DNA of 64,000 nt from Planctomycetota bacterium (GTDB lineage Bacteria > Planctomycetota > UBA11346): assembly GCA_023150565.1 (NCBI GenBank), contig JAKLKR010000003.1, forward strand, positions 17,823 through 81,822. The letters run 5' to 3'. Numbering within the stretch: the first letter of the stretch is position 1; the number at the start of each line of letters is the position of its first letter. Made by a program: the position numbers and the translations under genes. Below the pieces are notes generated by a model. The model ran no database searches, was not told the DNA's origin, and saw only the letters and a program-made list of their open reading frames with translations. This document shows positions 33,613 to 42,426 of the stretch, in pieces.

Positions 33613-35640
33613 TCAGTGCACGCGCTGGCCCGGCTTGGCGCCGGCGTCGGGCGACAGCACGAAGATCTCGGCGTCGCCGGGGCCGGCGGCCACCACCATG
33701 CCTTCGCTCAGGCCGAAGCTCATCTGGCGCGGCGCCAGGTTGGCCACGAACACCACCAGGCGGCCGGTCAGCTGCTCCGGCTTGTAGGCGGTCTTGATCC
33801 CGGCGAACACCGTGCGCTGCTGGTCGCCGCCCAGGGACAGGGTGAGCTTGAGGATCTTCTTGGCCTTGGGCACCTCCTCGGCCGCCACCACCCGCGCCAC
33901 GCGCAGGTCGACCTTCTGGAAGTCCTCGAAGGTGCACACCGGCGCCAGCGGCTCGGCGGCGAGCGCGGCCCCGTCGTCGACCGGGGCGGCCGCGGCCGGT
34001 GCCGCGGCGGGGGACTCGACCGCGCTGGCGGCGATCATCGCCTGCAGCTTGGCGGGGTCGACGCGGGCGACCAGGTGCTGGAAGGGCGCGATGGCGTTGC
34101 CCGCCAGCGGGCGCTGGGCGTCGCCCCAGGCGGCGATCGGCGCCCCGAGCAGGTGGCTGGCCTCGGCCGCCAGCCCGGGCAGCACCGGCGCCAGGTACAC
34201 GCACAGCTGGCGGAAGAGGTTGAGCGACACGGTGCAGGCGCGCTCCAGCTCGGCCGCCTTGGCGGGGTCCTTCTTCAGCGCCCAGGGCGCGGCCTGCTCG
34301 ACGAACTCGTTGGCGCGGTCGGCCAGGGCCATGATGCGGCGGGAGGCCTCGGCGAAGTCGCCCGCCTCGTAGGCGGCGGCGATGGCGTCGGCCTCGGCGG
34401 CGCCGCGCGCGAACAGCCCGCCGTCGTCGGGATAGCTGGCGGCCAGCCGGGGCACGAACTTGGCCGTGCGGCTGGCGAGGTTGGCCACCTTGCCCACCAG
34501 GTCGCTGTTCACCTTGGCGGCGAACTCGTCGAGGTTGAGGTCGAGGTCCTCGGCGCGCGCGGTGAGCTTGCTGGCGTAGAAGTAGCGCAGGTACTGCGGG
34601 TCGAGGTGGTCGAGGTAGGTGCGGGCGCGGATGAAGGTGCCCTTGGACTTCGACATCTTCTCGCCGTTGACGGTGAGGAAGCCGTGGATGTGCACCTTGG
34701 CCGGCAGGTCGATGCCGGCGGTCCTGAGCATCGCCGGCCAGAACAGGGTGTGGAAGTAGGTGATGTCCTTGCCGATGAAGTGGTGGATCTCGGCGCCGCC
34801 GCCCTCCCACCAGCGCTTCCAATCGTCGCCGTTCTTCGCGCACCAGTCGATGGTGCTGGCGATGTAGCCCACCGGGGCGTCAACCCACACGTAGAAATAG
34901 TTGCCGGGAGCGTCGGGGATCTCGAAGCCGAAGTAGGGCGCCGGTCGGCTGACGTCCCAGTCGCGCAGCTCGTCGACCAGGAAGGTGTTGGCGATCCACC
35001 GGGCCATGTCGGGGTGGAGCGTGCCGCTCGCGGTCCATTCCTTGAGGAAGGCGCGGAACGGCTCGAGGCGGACGAAGCAGTGCTTGGCCGAGCGCAGCTC
35101 GGGGGTGGCGCCCGAGAGGGTGCTGACCGCGTTCTTCAGCTCGGTGGGGCTGAAGGTGGCGGCGCACTTGTCGCACGAGTCGCCGTACTGGTCGGCGGCG
35201 CCGCACTTGGGGCAGGTGCCCTTGACGAAGCGGTCGGCGAGGAAGCAGCCGGCCTTGGGGTCGTAGAGCTGGGTGACGTCGCGTTCGACCACGTGCCCGG
35301 CGGCGCGCAGCGCGGCCCAGATGCGGTGCACCAGCTGGCGGTTCGATTCGCTGTCGGTGGAGCCGTAGTGGTCGAAGGCGATGCCGAAGCCGGCGAAGTC
35401 GGCCTGGTGGGCGGCGGCCATCTCGGCGATGATGGCCTGCTCGCTGCGCCCCTCCTGGCGGGCGCGGATCATGGTCGCGGTGCCGTGCGTGTCGTCGGCG
35501 CAGATGTAGACGGCCTGGTTGCCCACCAGCTTGTGGAAGCGCACCCAGATGTCGGTCTGGATGTACTCGACCAGGTGGCCGAGGTGGATGTGGCCGTTGA
35601 CGTAGGGGAGGGCGGCGGTGACGAGCAGGCGGCGGGGCAT
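33613..35640 (-). CDS. metG: Methionine--tRNA ligase with a C-terminal EMAP-II-like tRNA-binding domain
   Basis: '[13 protein letters not shown]' (HIGH motif), 'KMSKSKG' (KMSKS motif), a Zn knuckle 'CPKCG...CDKC' and the C-terminal '[10 protein letters not shown]...LSLGG' domain. Confidence 0.95.
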   Translation of the reverse strand: MPRRLLVTAALPYVNGHIHLGHLVEYIQTDIWVRFHKLVGNQAVYICADDTHGTATMIRARQEGRSEQAIIAEMAAAHQADFAGFGIAFDHYGSTDSESNRQLVHRIWAALRAAGHVVERDVTQLYDPKAGCFLADRFVKGTCPKCGAADQYGDSCDKCAATFSPTELKNAVSTLSGATPELRSAKHCFVRLEPFRAFLKEWTASGTLHPDMARWIANTFLVDELRDWDVSRPAPYFGFEIPDAPGNYFYVWVDAPVGYIASTIDWCAKNGDDWKRWWEGGGAEIHHFIGKDITYFHTLFWPAMLRTAGIDLPAKVHIHGFLTVNGEKMSKSKGTFIRARTYLDHLDPQYLRYFYASKLTARAEDLDLNLDEFAAKVNSDLVGKVANLASRTAKFVPRLAASYPDDGGLFARGAAEADAIAAAYEAGDFAEASRRIMALADRANEFVEQAAPWALKKDPAKAAELERACTVSLNLFRQLCVYLAPVLPGLAAEASHLLGAPIAAWGDAQRPLAGNAIAPFQHLVARVDPAKLQAMIAASAVESPAAAPAAAAPVDDGAALAAEPLAPVCTFEDFQKVDLRVARVVAAEEVPKAKKILKLTLSLGGDQQRTVFAGIKTAYKPEQLTGRLVVFVANLAPRQMSFGLSEGMVVAAGPGDAEIFVLSPDAGAKPGQRVH

Positions 35641-35664
35641 GGGCGGGGAGTGTGCGCCCCGCCC
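35641..35664 (-). terminator. GC hairpin GGGCGGGG-N8-CCCCGCCC, terminator-like, downstream of the flagellin gene and abutting the metG start codon
   Basis: The 8-bp perfect arms were read directly. They occupy the 24 nt immediately 5' of the metG ATG. Confidence 0.5.
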
Positions 35665-35682
35665 CGGCTCCGCCAGCGCCCG

Positions 35683-36531
35683 TCAGCCGAGAAGGCGCAG
35701 CACGTTCTGGGCGGTGAGCCCGCGCTGGGCCTGGGTGGCGATACCGGCCTGCATGAGGATGTTCTGGCTGGCCAGGTTGGCGGATTCGCGGGCGAAGTCG
35801 GTGTCGCGGATGGTGGATTCGGCACCGATCAGGTTCTGGCTGGCCACCGCCAGGCTGCGCAGCCCGGTCTCGAGCGCATTGGCCTGCACCGCTCCCAGGT
35901 CGCCGCGCTGGCGCCCGACCTCGGTCAGGGCGGTGTCCAGGCGGGTGAGGGCGTCGGCCGCCCCCTCGGTCGAGGACAGCGAGGCACCGGACAGGCCCAG
36001 CCCCTGGCGGTCGTAGCCGGTGGAGCTGCCGCCGATGGTGCTGGCGATGGTCAGGTCGATGCTCTGCCCGCTGTCGGTCCCGGTCTGGATGGAGCGGTCC
36101 TTGTAGCTGCCATCGAGCAGCTTGTTGCCGCCGTAGCGGGTGTTTGCGGCGATGGCGTCGATGGCCTTGCCCAGGGCCTGGAACTGCTTGTCGAGCACCG
36201 CCCGGGCCGAGGGGTCGAGCACCGCATCGTTGCCGGCCTGCAGGGCCAGGTCGCGCTGCTTCTGCAGCAAGGCGTTGGTCTGCTCGAGGGCGCCATCAGC
36301 CACCTGGGTCAGGGCGACGCCCTCCTCGAGCCCGTCGCTGACCCGGCTGAGCCCGGCGATCTGGGCGCGCATCTGCTCCGAGATGGAGAGCCCGGCGGGA
36401 TTGTCGGCGGCGCGGTTGATGCGCATGCCGGTGGCGAGGCGGGCAAGCACCAGCTGCATCTCGCGGTCGCGTTTGGCGAGCTGGTTCACCCCTTGCAGGG
36501 CTCCGGCCTGGTTTCCGATCGACAGGCTCAT
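35683..36531 (-). CDS. fliC: Flagellin (short, 282 aa; D0/D1 domains only)
   Basis: N-terminus 'LATGMRINRAADNPAGLSISEQMRAQIAGL' and C-terminus 'IRDTDFARESANLASQNILMQAGIATQAQ' are the conserved flagellin helices. Confidence 0.9.
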   Translation of the reverse strand: MSLSIGNQAGALQGVNQLAKRDREMQLVLARLATGMRINRAADNPAGLSISEQMRAQIAGLSRVSDGLEEGVALTQVADGALEQTNALLQKQRDLALQAGNDAVLDPSARAVLDKQFQALGKAIDAIAANTRYGGNKLLDGSYKDRSIQTGTDSGQSIDLTIASTIGGSSTGYDRQGLGLSGASLSSTEGAADALTRLDTALTEVGRQRGDLGAVQANALETGLRSLAVASQNLIGAESTIRDTDFARESANLASQNILMQAGIATQAQRGLTAQNVLRLLG

Positions 36532-36635
36532 GACGCACCCCCTGGCGGGACCACGCTCCGCCGCGCGTGCAGTCTACCACATCCGCGCGGCCAAGGGAGC
36601 GGCAGATGGAGCAACCGCCCCCATCGTCGCTGGTC

Positions 36636-36650
36636 TGGCACGGCCCTCGC
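36636..36650 (+). promoter_or_regulatory. Possible sigma54 promoter TGGCAC-N5-TCGC upstream of flhB
   Basis: Matches TGGCAC-N5-TTGC at 9 of 10 core positions. Lies about 50 nt upstream of the flhB ATG at 36702. Confidence 0.3.
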
Positions 36651-36701
36651 CCATGAAGCCAGCAAGGCCGCCGCACGTCGCGGAAGCCGACAGGAGCCGT
36701 C

Positions 36702-37766
36702 GTGCCGGAAGACGCCCAGGGCGGGGAGAAGACCGAACAACCGACACCCAAGAAGCTGGCGGATGCCCGCAACGAGGGCCAGGTGGCGGTCTCCCCCGAG
36801 GTCAATACGGCCCTATTGCTGCTGCTGGGCCTGATCGCCATCGGCCTGTGCTCGCCGTGGCTGTTCCAGGTCTCGGCGGTGAGCGTGCGCACCTGCATCC
36901 TCGAGGATCTCGGACGGGAACTGACCATCACCAGCGCGATGCAGACCATGCTCACCCTCGCCACCCCCTTCGCCGCCCCCACCGCGGTGCTGGTGGGACT
37001 GGCCTTCGCCGCCGGGCTGACCGCCTCGATCGGCCAGGTCGGGCTGCAGGCCTCGCTCAAGCCGCTGATCCCCAAGTTCAACCGGGTCAATCCGCTCACC
37101 GGCCTGCAGCGGCTGTTCGGCATGCGTGCGCTGATGCGCTTCGCGGTCAATCTGGTCAAGCTGATCCTGATCCTGTCGGTGGCCTGGCTGGTGCTGCGCC
37201 AGGACATCCCGCGGCTGGCCTACCTCGACCTCGATGTCGGCAAGCGCCTGGCCACCGACGCCAGCCTGATCTGGTGGCTGGGCCTCAAGCTGGCGGCGGT
37301 GCTGGGCCTGATCGCCCTCGCCGACCTCATCTACCAGCGCTGGCAGCACACCCAGGACCTGATGATGACCAAGCAGGAGGTAAAGGAGGAGATGAAGCAG
37401 GCAGACGGCGATCCCCTGGTCAAATCGCGCATCCGCCAGCTCCAGCGCCAGATGGCGCAGCGGCGCATGATGCAGGAGGTGCCCAAGGCCGACGTGGTCA
37501 TCACCAACCCCACCCACGTCGCGGTCGCGCTCAAATACGACGCCGGCGCCATGGCCGCCCCCATCGTCCTCGCCAAGGGCTACGACGAGGTCGCCCAGCG
37601 CATCAAGGCCATCGCCGCCGAGCACAACATCACCATGGTCGAGAACGTCACCCTCGCCCGCGCCCTGGCCAAGGAGGTCGATATCGGCAAGCCGGTGCCC
37701 ACCAAGTGGTACCAGGCCGTCGCCGAGGTGCTGGCGATGGTGTACCGGTTGAAGAAGGCGGGGTGA
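36702..37766 (+). CDS. flhB: Flagellar type III export apparatus switch protein FlhB
   Basis: N-terminus 'GEKTEQPTPKKLADARNEGQVAVS', four TM helices and the 'NPTHVAVALKY' autocleavage site. Confidence 0.95.
   Translation: MPEDAQGGEKTEQPTPKKLADARNEGQVAVSPEVNTALLLLLGLIAIGLCSPWLFQVSAVSVRTCILEDLGRELTITSAMQTMLTLATPFAAPTAVLVGLAFAAGLTASIGQVGLQASLKPLIPKFNRVNPLTGLQRLFGMRALMRFAVNLVKLILILSVAWLVLRQDIPRLAYLDLDVGKRLATDASLIWWLGLKLAAVLGLIALADLIYQRWQHTQDLMMTKQEVKEEMKQADGDPLVKSRIRQLQRQMAQRRMMQEVPKADVVITNPTHVAVALKYDAGAMAAPIVLAKGYDEVAQRIKAIAAEHNITMVENVTLARALAKEVDIGKPVPTKWYQAVAEVLAMVYRLKKAG
37627..37659 (+). repeat. 33-bp core (ACATCACCATGGTCGAGAACGTCACCCTCGCCC) inside flhB that is shared by all three flhB-3' copies; candidate att core
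   Basis: The same 33-mer, with 1-3 substitutions, occurs at 40599-40631 and 49961-49993. Copy B homology begins exactly at its left edge and copy C homology ends exactly at its right edge. Confidence 0.7.
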
Positions 37767-37975
37767 GGCCGACGGCCACCTGGGAGTAGGCGATACCCAC
37801 CAGGATGGAACTTGCCCCGGTCGCCAGCTGTGCCACCAGTCAATGCGTCGCAGGGCTGAATGCCGGCGCCGGGTGACCGACCAAGCAGCCTGTGATCCCA
37901 ATGACCACGCCCGTGTTGCGATGCGTCGTCTCTTCCAGGTCGCCCCTCGCACCAATTGACCCTGTCGTAGACACG

Positions 37976-37993
37976 TTACACTCTATGGTGTAA
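37976..37993. promoter_or_regulatory. Inverted repeat TTACAC-N6-GTGTAA overlapping the ArsR start codon; candidate ArsR/SmtB autoregulatory operator
   Basis: The perfect 6-bp arms were read directly. The last base of the repeat is the A of the ATG at 37993. Confidence 0.45.
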
Positions 37994-38355
37994 TGAAGAA
38001 CAGCATCTCACCAACCTGTACCCCGAAGGCGGACCTGGCGAAGCGACCGTTCCTCTCCAAGCGCGAGTCGGCGGACCTCGCCGGCCTCTTCAAGATCCTC
38101 GCCAATCCCGTGCGGCTGCGGATGGTGCATGCCCTGGTGGTCCAGGGACAGATACCCCTGACCGAACTGGGAGAGGCCGTCGGGCTGAAACCGCAGGCGG
38201 CCTCCAATCAACTCCAACGCCTGGTGGCCGCCGGCTGCCTGGCAAAAGAGCGACGAGGCAAGTCGGTGTTCTACCGCATCTGCGACCCTTGCGTTCCCAT
38301 CCTCATCGAACGCGGCTGGTGTCTGCTGGAAGACGCGAAAGGCCGTCGGTCATGA
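37993..38355 (+). CDS. ArsR/SmtB-family metalloregulatory repressor
   Basis: 'LFKILANPVRLRMVHAL' and 'LGEAVGLKPQAASNQLQRLVAAGCL' form the winged HTH. C-terminal Cys cluster 'ICDPCVPILIERGWC'. Confidence 0.85.
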   Translation: MKNSISPTCTPKADLAKRPFLSKRESADLAGLFKILANPVRLRMVHALVVQGQIPLTELGEAVGLKPQAASNQLQRLVAAGCLAKERRGKSVFYRICDPCVPILIERGWCLLEDAKGRRS

Positions 38356-39986
38356 CCCCGTTCCCCGACCTGGACGAAGGGTTGCATCAGTTGCGGGCCG
38401 CCACCCAGGCGAAGAAGTGCTGGACCTGCAACTGCTTTCACAGCTCGTTGCGCTCCCTGGAGCGCGAACTGCCGGCGGATCGCCGTCCGCCTGTCCTCAA
38501 CGAGGCAGTCACGGCGGCCCAGGCCGTCCTGCAACCGATCCGCTACGAGTGCCTGGGCTGCGACCCCTGCCACCCGCCCCAGGCGTTGAATGCCCTCGGC
38601 GTGGCGGGCGAGGCCTGCGGCGCCGCCCCCGTCGAATCGCGGGCGGGATGGCCGCCCCTGCCCGGAAGCTACCACGTCCTGCGCTATTCGGCGCCGGTGG
38701 CAATCTGCACCCTGACCGACGAGAATCTCGCCCACCGTATCGCGGCGGCAGGATCGCCGCAGATCGCCATCACCGGTCCCATGCAGACTGAAAATCTCGG
38801 CATCGAGCGGTTGATCGCCAATCTGGTAGCCAACCCCAACATACGATTCCTCATCCTGTGCGGGAATGACACCGAGAAGGCAGTCGGCCACCGGCCCGGC
38901 GCCTCCCTGGCCGCCCTGGCACGATCTGGCCTGGACGGGGCCAGCCGCATCATCGACGCGCCTGGCAGGCGGCCGGTCATCAAGAACCTTGATTCCGCCG
39001 CGGTCGAGCGATTCCGCCAGCAGGTGGAGATCGTCGACCGCATCGGCAACGCCGACATCCCCGCCATCCTCCATGAAGTCGCCTCCTGCGCTGCCCGCTC
39101 GCCCGGACCAGCCACGCCGTTCGCCAGCGCCCGCCAGATCGAGACCATCACCGGACGGGTTCCCGAGCGCATGGTCAGCGACCCGAGCGGGTATGTGGTC
39201 ATCGACGTCGACCGGGCCAACCGTCAGTTGGTGGTGGAGCACTACACCACGGCTGGCGTCCTCGATCTGATCATACGCGGTGCCACCGCCAACGAGGTGA
39301 TGGCACCGGTGTTCGCCAGGAATCTGGTGTCGCGCTTGGACCACGCCGGGTATGTCGGCAAGGAGTTGACCCGTGCCGAGGCGGCCTTGCGCAGCGGCGA
39401 CGGATTCACACAGGATGCCGCGCCCGAGCAGCGTCGTGTCGCCATCGAGTCGGCCGCGTCCTGCGGCAGCGGCTGCGCCTGCTACGCTCCACCCGCACCC
39501 ACGTCCAACCCACACGCCGATTGCGGATGCGCCCCGCAGCTGGAGTCGTCAATGACCACCCGCACGAAGCCCGTCCTGGTCGTCGTTGGATTGCTGGCTC
39601 TGACGGCCGTCGCCCTCGGCCTCCGCACGACTCGGTCGTCAGCCGGTACCGCCGAGTCTCCGGCAAACCCGCCGGCGAATGCCGTGGATGCTCCGCTCGG
39701 CATCAACGCTTTCATGCAAATGGAGCGCCAACCGAAGGAAGCGGTCGCGGTCCAGGGTGTCGTCAACGGCCACTTGGCCGATCAGCATCTCCTGTTGCTC
39801 GTCGATGACGCGGATGGGGCCTGTGCCGGCCAGTCCTGCTGCGCGCCGCTGATCCTGCCGGTTCGTTGGCCCGGGACGGTACCGACCAACGGAACGGCGG
39901 TGATCGCCACCGGACAATTCGGAACCGAGGGCGGCAAACAGGTCTTCCTGGCGACGAGCGTCGCCCCTCGCGGAGGCAAGCCGTGA
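38352..39986 (+). CDS. Cys-rich membrane-anchored MtrA-like (corrinoid-binding fold) plus DUF4346-like protein, 544 aa
   Basis: ATGA overlap with arsR. N-terminal CWTCNC...CLGCDPC. MtrA-like blocks 'SAPVAICTL', 'ITGPMQTENLGIERLIANLVANPNIRFLILCGND..AVGHRPGASLAALARSGLD'. DUF4346-like 'DPSGYVVIDVDRANRQLVVEHY'. 'CGSGCAC..CGC'. TM helix 'PVLVVVGLLALTAVALGL'. A ~120-aa tail with 'CAGQSCC'. Confidence 0.7.
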   Translation: MTPFPDLDEGLHQLRAATQAKKCWTCNCFHSSLRSLERELPADRRPPVLNEAVTAAQAVLQPIRYECLGCDPCHPPQALNALGVAGEACGAAPVESRAGWPPLPGSYHVLRYSAPVAICTLTDENLAHRIAAAGSPQIAITGPMQTENLGIERLIANLVANPNIRFLILCGNDTEKAVGHRPGASLAALARSGLDGASRIIDAPGRRPVIKNLDSAAVERFRQQVEIVDRIGNADIPAILHEVASCAARSPGPATPFASARQIETITGRVPERMVSDPSGYVVIDVDRANRQLVVEHYTTAGVLDLIIRGATANEVMAPVFARNLVSRLDHAGYVGKELTRAEAALRSGDGFTQDAAPEQRRVAIESAASCGSGCACYAPPAPTSNPHADCGCAPQLESSMTTRTKPVLVVVGLLALTAVALGLRTTRSSAGTAESPANPPANAVDAPLGINAFMQMERQPKEAVAVQGVVNGHLADQHLLLLVDDADGACAGQSCCAPLILPVRWPGTVPTNGTAVIATGQFGTEGGKQVFLATSVAPRGGKP

Positions 39987-40576
39987 ACCGCCTGACCCAG
40001 GCCATCTGGTCCATTGGTGGCTTCATCGGCGTCTTCTCCCTCCATGCCGGCTGGCATGCCCTCTTGCCCAGCACGGTCGACGCCGCCCAGTCGCGCTGGG
40101 TGACGGTGCCGACGGCCGCTCCGCCCTGGCATCAGACCTACCTGAACGGGGGCGATGTGTGGCTCGGCCTGTCCATCGCCAGCGCCGGAGCCTTCGCCAC
40201 CTGGGCGATCCGCCGCTGGTGGCTCCGCCGCACCGCCCTCATGGGGGTCGCCGGCGGCGAACTGCTGATCCCGACCTGCGTCCTGCTGTTCGGGGTCGAT
40301 CTCAAGCTCGCTGGCAGCCTGGCGATGGCGGTCAGCCTGCCAACCATGCTCATGGGATTCGTCCGCTACAGCCGCGATCCTACCTTCGCCGTCATCAGAC
40401 GTGAACGCCGTTTCCTGGCGTTGCTCTGCCTGGGATCGCTGATCGGGGTCGCTCTGGGTGGTCTGCTTCTGGGCGCCGTGCCGACCGATTGGCTCCTCGG
40501 TGGTCTGTCGTTCATCCTCGCCGTTTCAACCCTGAAGACGTGGATGCACGCCCAGCCGGCAGCACGCACCTCGTGA
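39983..40576 (+). CDS. TauE/SafE-family permease, half-size (197 aa)
   Basis: GTGA overlap with the upstream stop codon (GTG start). 'GVAGGELLIPTCVLLFGVDLKLAGSLAMAVSLPTMLMGFVRY' and 'LGSLIGVALGGLLLG' resemble one TauE repeat unit. The N-terminal third is atypical. Confidence 0.55.
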   Translation: MNRLTQAIWSIGGFIGVFSLHAGWHALLPSTVDAAQSRWVTVPTAAPPWHQTYLNGGDVWLGLSIASAGAFATWAIRRWWLRRTALMGVAGGELLIPTCVLLFGVDLKLAGSLAMAVSLPTMLMGFVRYSRDPTFAVIRRERRFLALLCLGSLIGVALGGLLLGAVPTDWLLGGLSFILAVSTLKTWMHAQPAARTS

Positions 40577-40598
40577 TTGCTTCTCGCTCCATTAATCC

Positions 40599-40740
40599 AC
40601 ATCAGCATGGTCGAGAACGTCGCCCTCGCCCGCGCCTGGCGAAAGTGGTCGACATCGGCAAGCCGGTGCCCACCAAGTGGTACCAGGCCGTCGCCGAGGT
40701 GCTGGCGATGGTGTACCGGCTGAAGACGGCGGGGTGAGGG
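40599..40740 (+). pseudogene. Displaced or duplicated flhB 3' end (copy B), frameshifted
   Basis: Aligns to native 37627-37769 at about 93% identity with a 1-bp deletion near 40639. It encodes ...VVDIGKPVPTKWYQAVAEVLAMVYRLKTAG* versus the native ...VDIGKPVPTKWYQAVAEVLAMVYRLKKAG*. Confidence 0.9.
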
Positions 40741-40851
40741 TGAGGCCGGCAGCTGTACCGACCCAAGGAGAGAGTTGATTCGTCTATACGATGGTCATTG
40801 CTGCCATTGACAGGAGACGAACCACATGTTCGGAGGTGACGTCAATCAACT

Positions 40852-41994
40852 TCAAGCTGGGACCACTACACGCGGCTCGACGAAGATGGTCCGCCAAGGA
40901 GCCGTTGGTGCGGCTTGGCGCTCTAGCGCCAAGTCCGCCATGCGAGCCCCGATCTCCACGTTGCACTTGTCGACGGTCGCCAGCGGCGCTCCGGGGAAGT
41001 GCGCCATGTCCCAGTGCTCGCTCCAGAAATCATCGTATCCGGCCACCGGCACCGGAGCTCCGTGCAGGACCGCAGCTTCGCGGCAGGCGGCGACCCAGGC
41101 GTCCGAGGGGGCCAGGATGGCGTCGATGCCTTGGCATCGTCCGATCAGGTTGCCTGCCACAAGCCGGATACGTGCCACGGCGTGTTGGCGGGCGCGGCCG
41201 CGCATCAACACCCCGTCGCCATGCAGGCGCACCTCGGGCAGCGGTGCAATCCCCAGGCTGGCGCAGGCACGTGTGTATCCCGCCAGTCGCTCGCACGTCC
41301 ACGATTTGGCGGCTTCTGGCAGGACGGGCAGGATACGGCGATAGCCCAACCCGACGAGATGCCGTGTCAGGGCCTCCCAGCCGGCGGCATGGTCAGACAG
41401 CACATGATCGGCCTCCTCGAGCAAATGCTGCCCGCTGAAGATCGCTATGGCAGTACCGGCGGCGCACAGGCGTCCACACAACCGGCGCAACCAGTCGTCG
41501 CTGCCGGGGTGGTATTGACCGGGCTGCGACTCGGGGACCAGCAGCATGCCGGGTGGCGAGGCGGCGATGGCGGCCAACGACCCCTCGTCGAGATGGGCGA
41601 CATCGACCGAGCGTACCTGCCTGCCCGCCGCCTTCAGGCGCTGAACCGCGCCCAAGGTGATGAAATCCGACCAGCCTGGGGCGGCCCGAGATTCCGTCAC
41701 GGTCAGCGAGGAGGCGGCAATCAACGCCGTGCCGCGATCGAGAGGCGGCAGCGAGGGCGCCATGGCCGCACCGTTGGGCATGCGGGCGATGATGCGGCGG
41801 TAGCCGCCCAGATGGCGGATGACGCCCTCCTGCTCCAGCCGCCGCACGGCATGACGCACCATGACCCGGCCGCAGTCGAGGCGCATGGCCAGATCGCGCT
41901 CGGACGGCAGGCGCTCACCGACCGCCAGGTGGCGTTCGAGGATCTGCCGACGGAGCTGCTCGAGGACGGCATCGACACCGGTCGCGCCGCTCAT
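40852..41994 (-). CDS. AraR-type chimeric regulator: GntR-family winged HTH plus LacI/PBP1-type sugar-binding domain
   Basis: N-terminus 'LPSERDLAMRLDCGRVMVRHAVRRLEQEGVI' is a GntR HTH. The remainder is periplasmic-binding-protein-like, as in LacI effector domains. Confidence 0.7.
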   Translation of the reverse strand: MSGATGVDAVLEQLRRQILERHLAVGERLPSERDLAMRLDCGRVMVRHAVRRLEQEGVIRHLGGYRRIIARMPNGAAMAPSLPPLDRGTALIAASSLTVTESRAAPGWSDFITLGAVQRLKAAGRQVRSVDVAHLDEGSLAAIAASPPGMLLVPESQPGQYHPGSDDWLRRLCGRLCAAGTAIAIFSGQHLLEEADHVLSDHAAGWEALTRHLVGLGYRRILPVLPEAAKSWTCERLAGYTRACASLGIAPLPEVRLHGDGVLMRGRARQHAVARIRLVAGNLIGRCQGIDAILAPSDAWVAACREAAVLHGAPVPVAGYDDFWSEHWDMAHFPGAPLATVDKCNVEIGARMADLALERQAAPTAPWRTIFVEPRVVVPA

Positions 41995-42426
41995 GGCGAC
42001 CCAGCCTGCTCCGCCATCAGCTGAGTGTGGCCCGCGGGCATCACGGCGACGCGGGCGTCGGGTCCGGCCAGACGGCTGGCGACATGCAGGCCGGGAGTCA
42101 CGGACATGTCCATCGACTTTCCGGGCGGCAGCATGCGGTCAAGACGATGCTGCATGTCGAGATGCCGGCAGACGTAATCCCCGCGCCACCAGCGGCGCGC
42201 AGGTCGGTGCCCAGGCAGACGAAGGACCTGCCGACACTGGCGGCGGCGTCCTCAGACGGCGGCGCAAGCTGTTGTCCGCCCGGCTCAACCAGCCACCAGC
42301 GAGGCCAGGAGGGGGCGCCATGCACGCTTCCACGGGAGGGTGCACGCAGCCACAGGCATGTGCCCTCCTTCGATGGGGAATCTGGCGTTGAGGCGCCCCA
42401 AACGCGGGGAAAAGCCTGCTGCTGAT

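Noticed and set aside
26703-34843. Long minus-strand ORFs 26703..31031 (1442 aa) and 30875..34843 (1322 aa), and the plus-strand ORF 33598..36834
   Set aside because: They are antisense or off-frame to confidently identified genes (GH172, AraC, the two cytoplasmic enzymes, metG, fliC). Their composition is the repetitive GC-driven kind.
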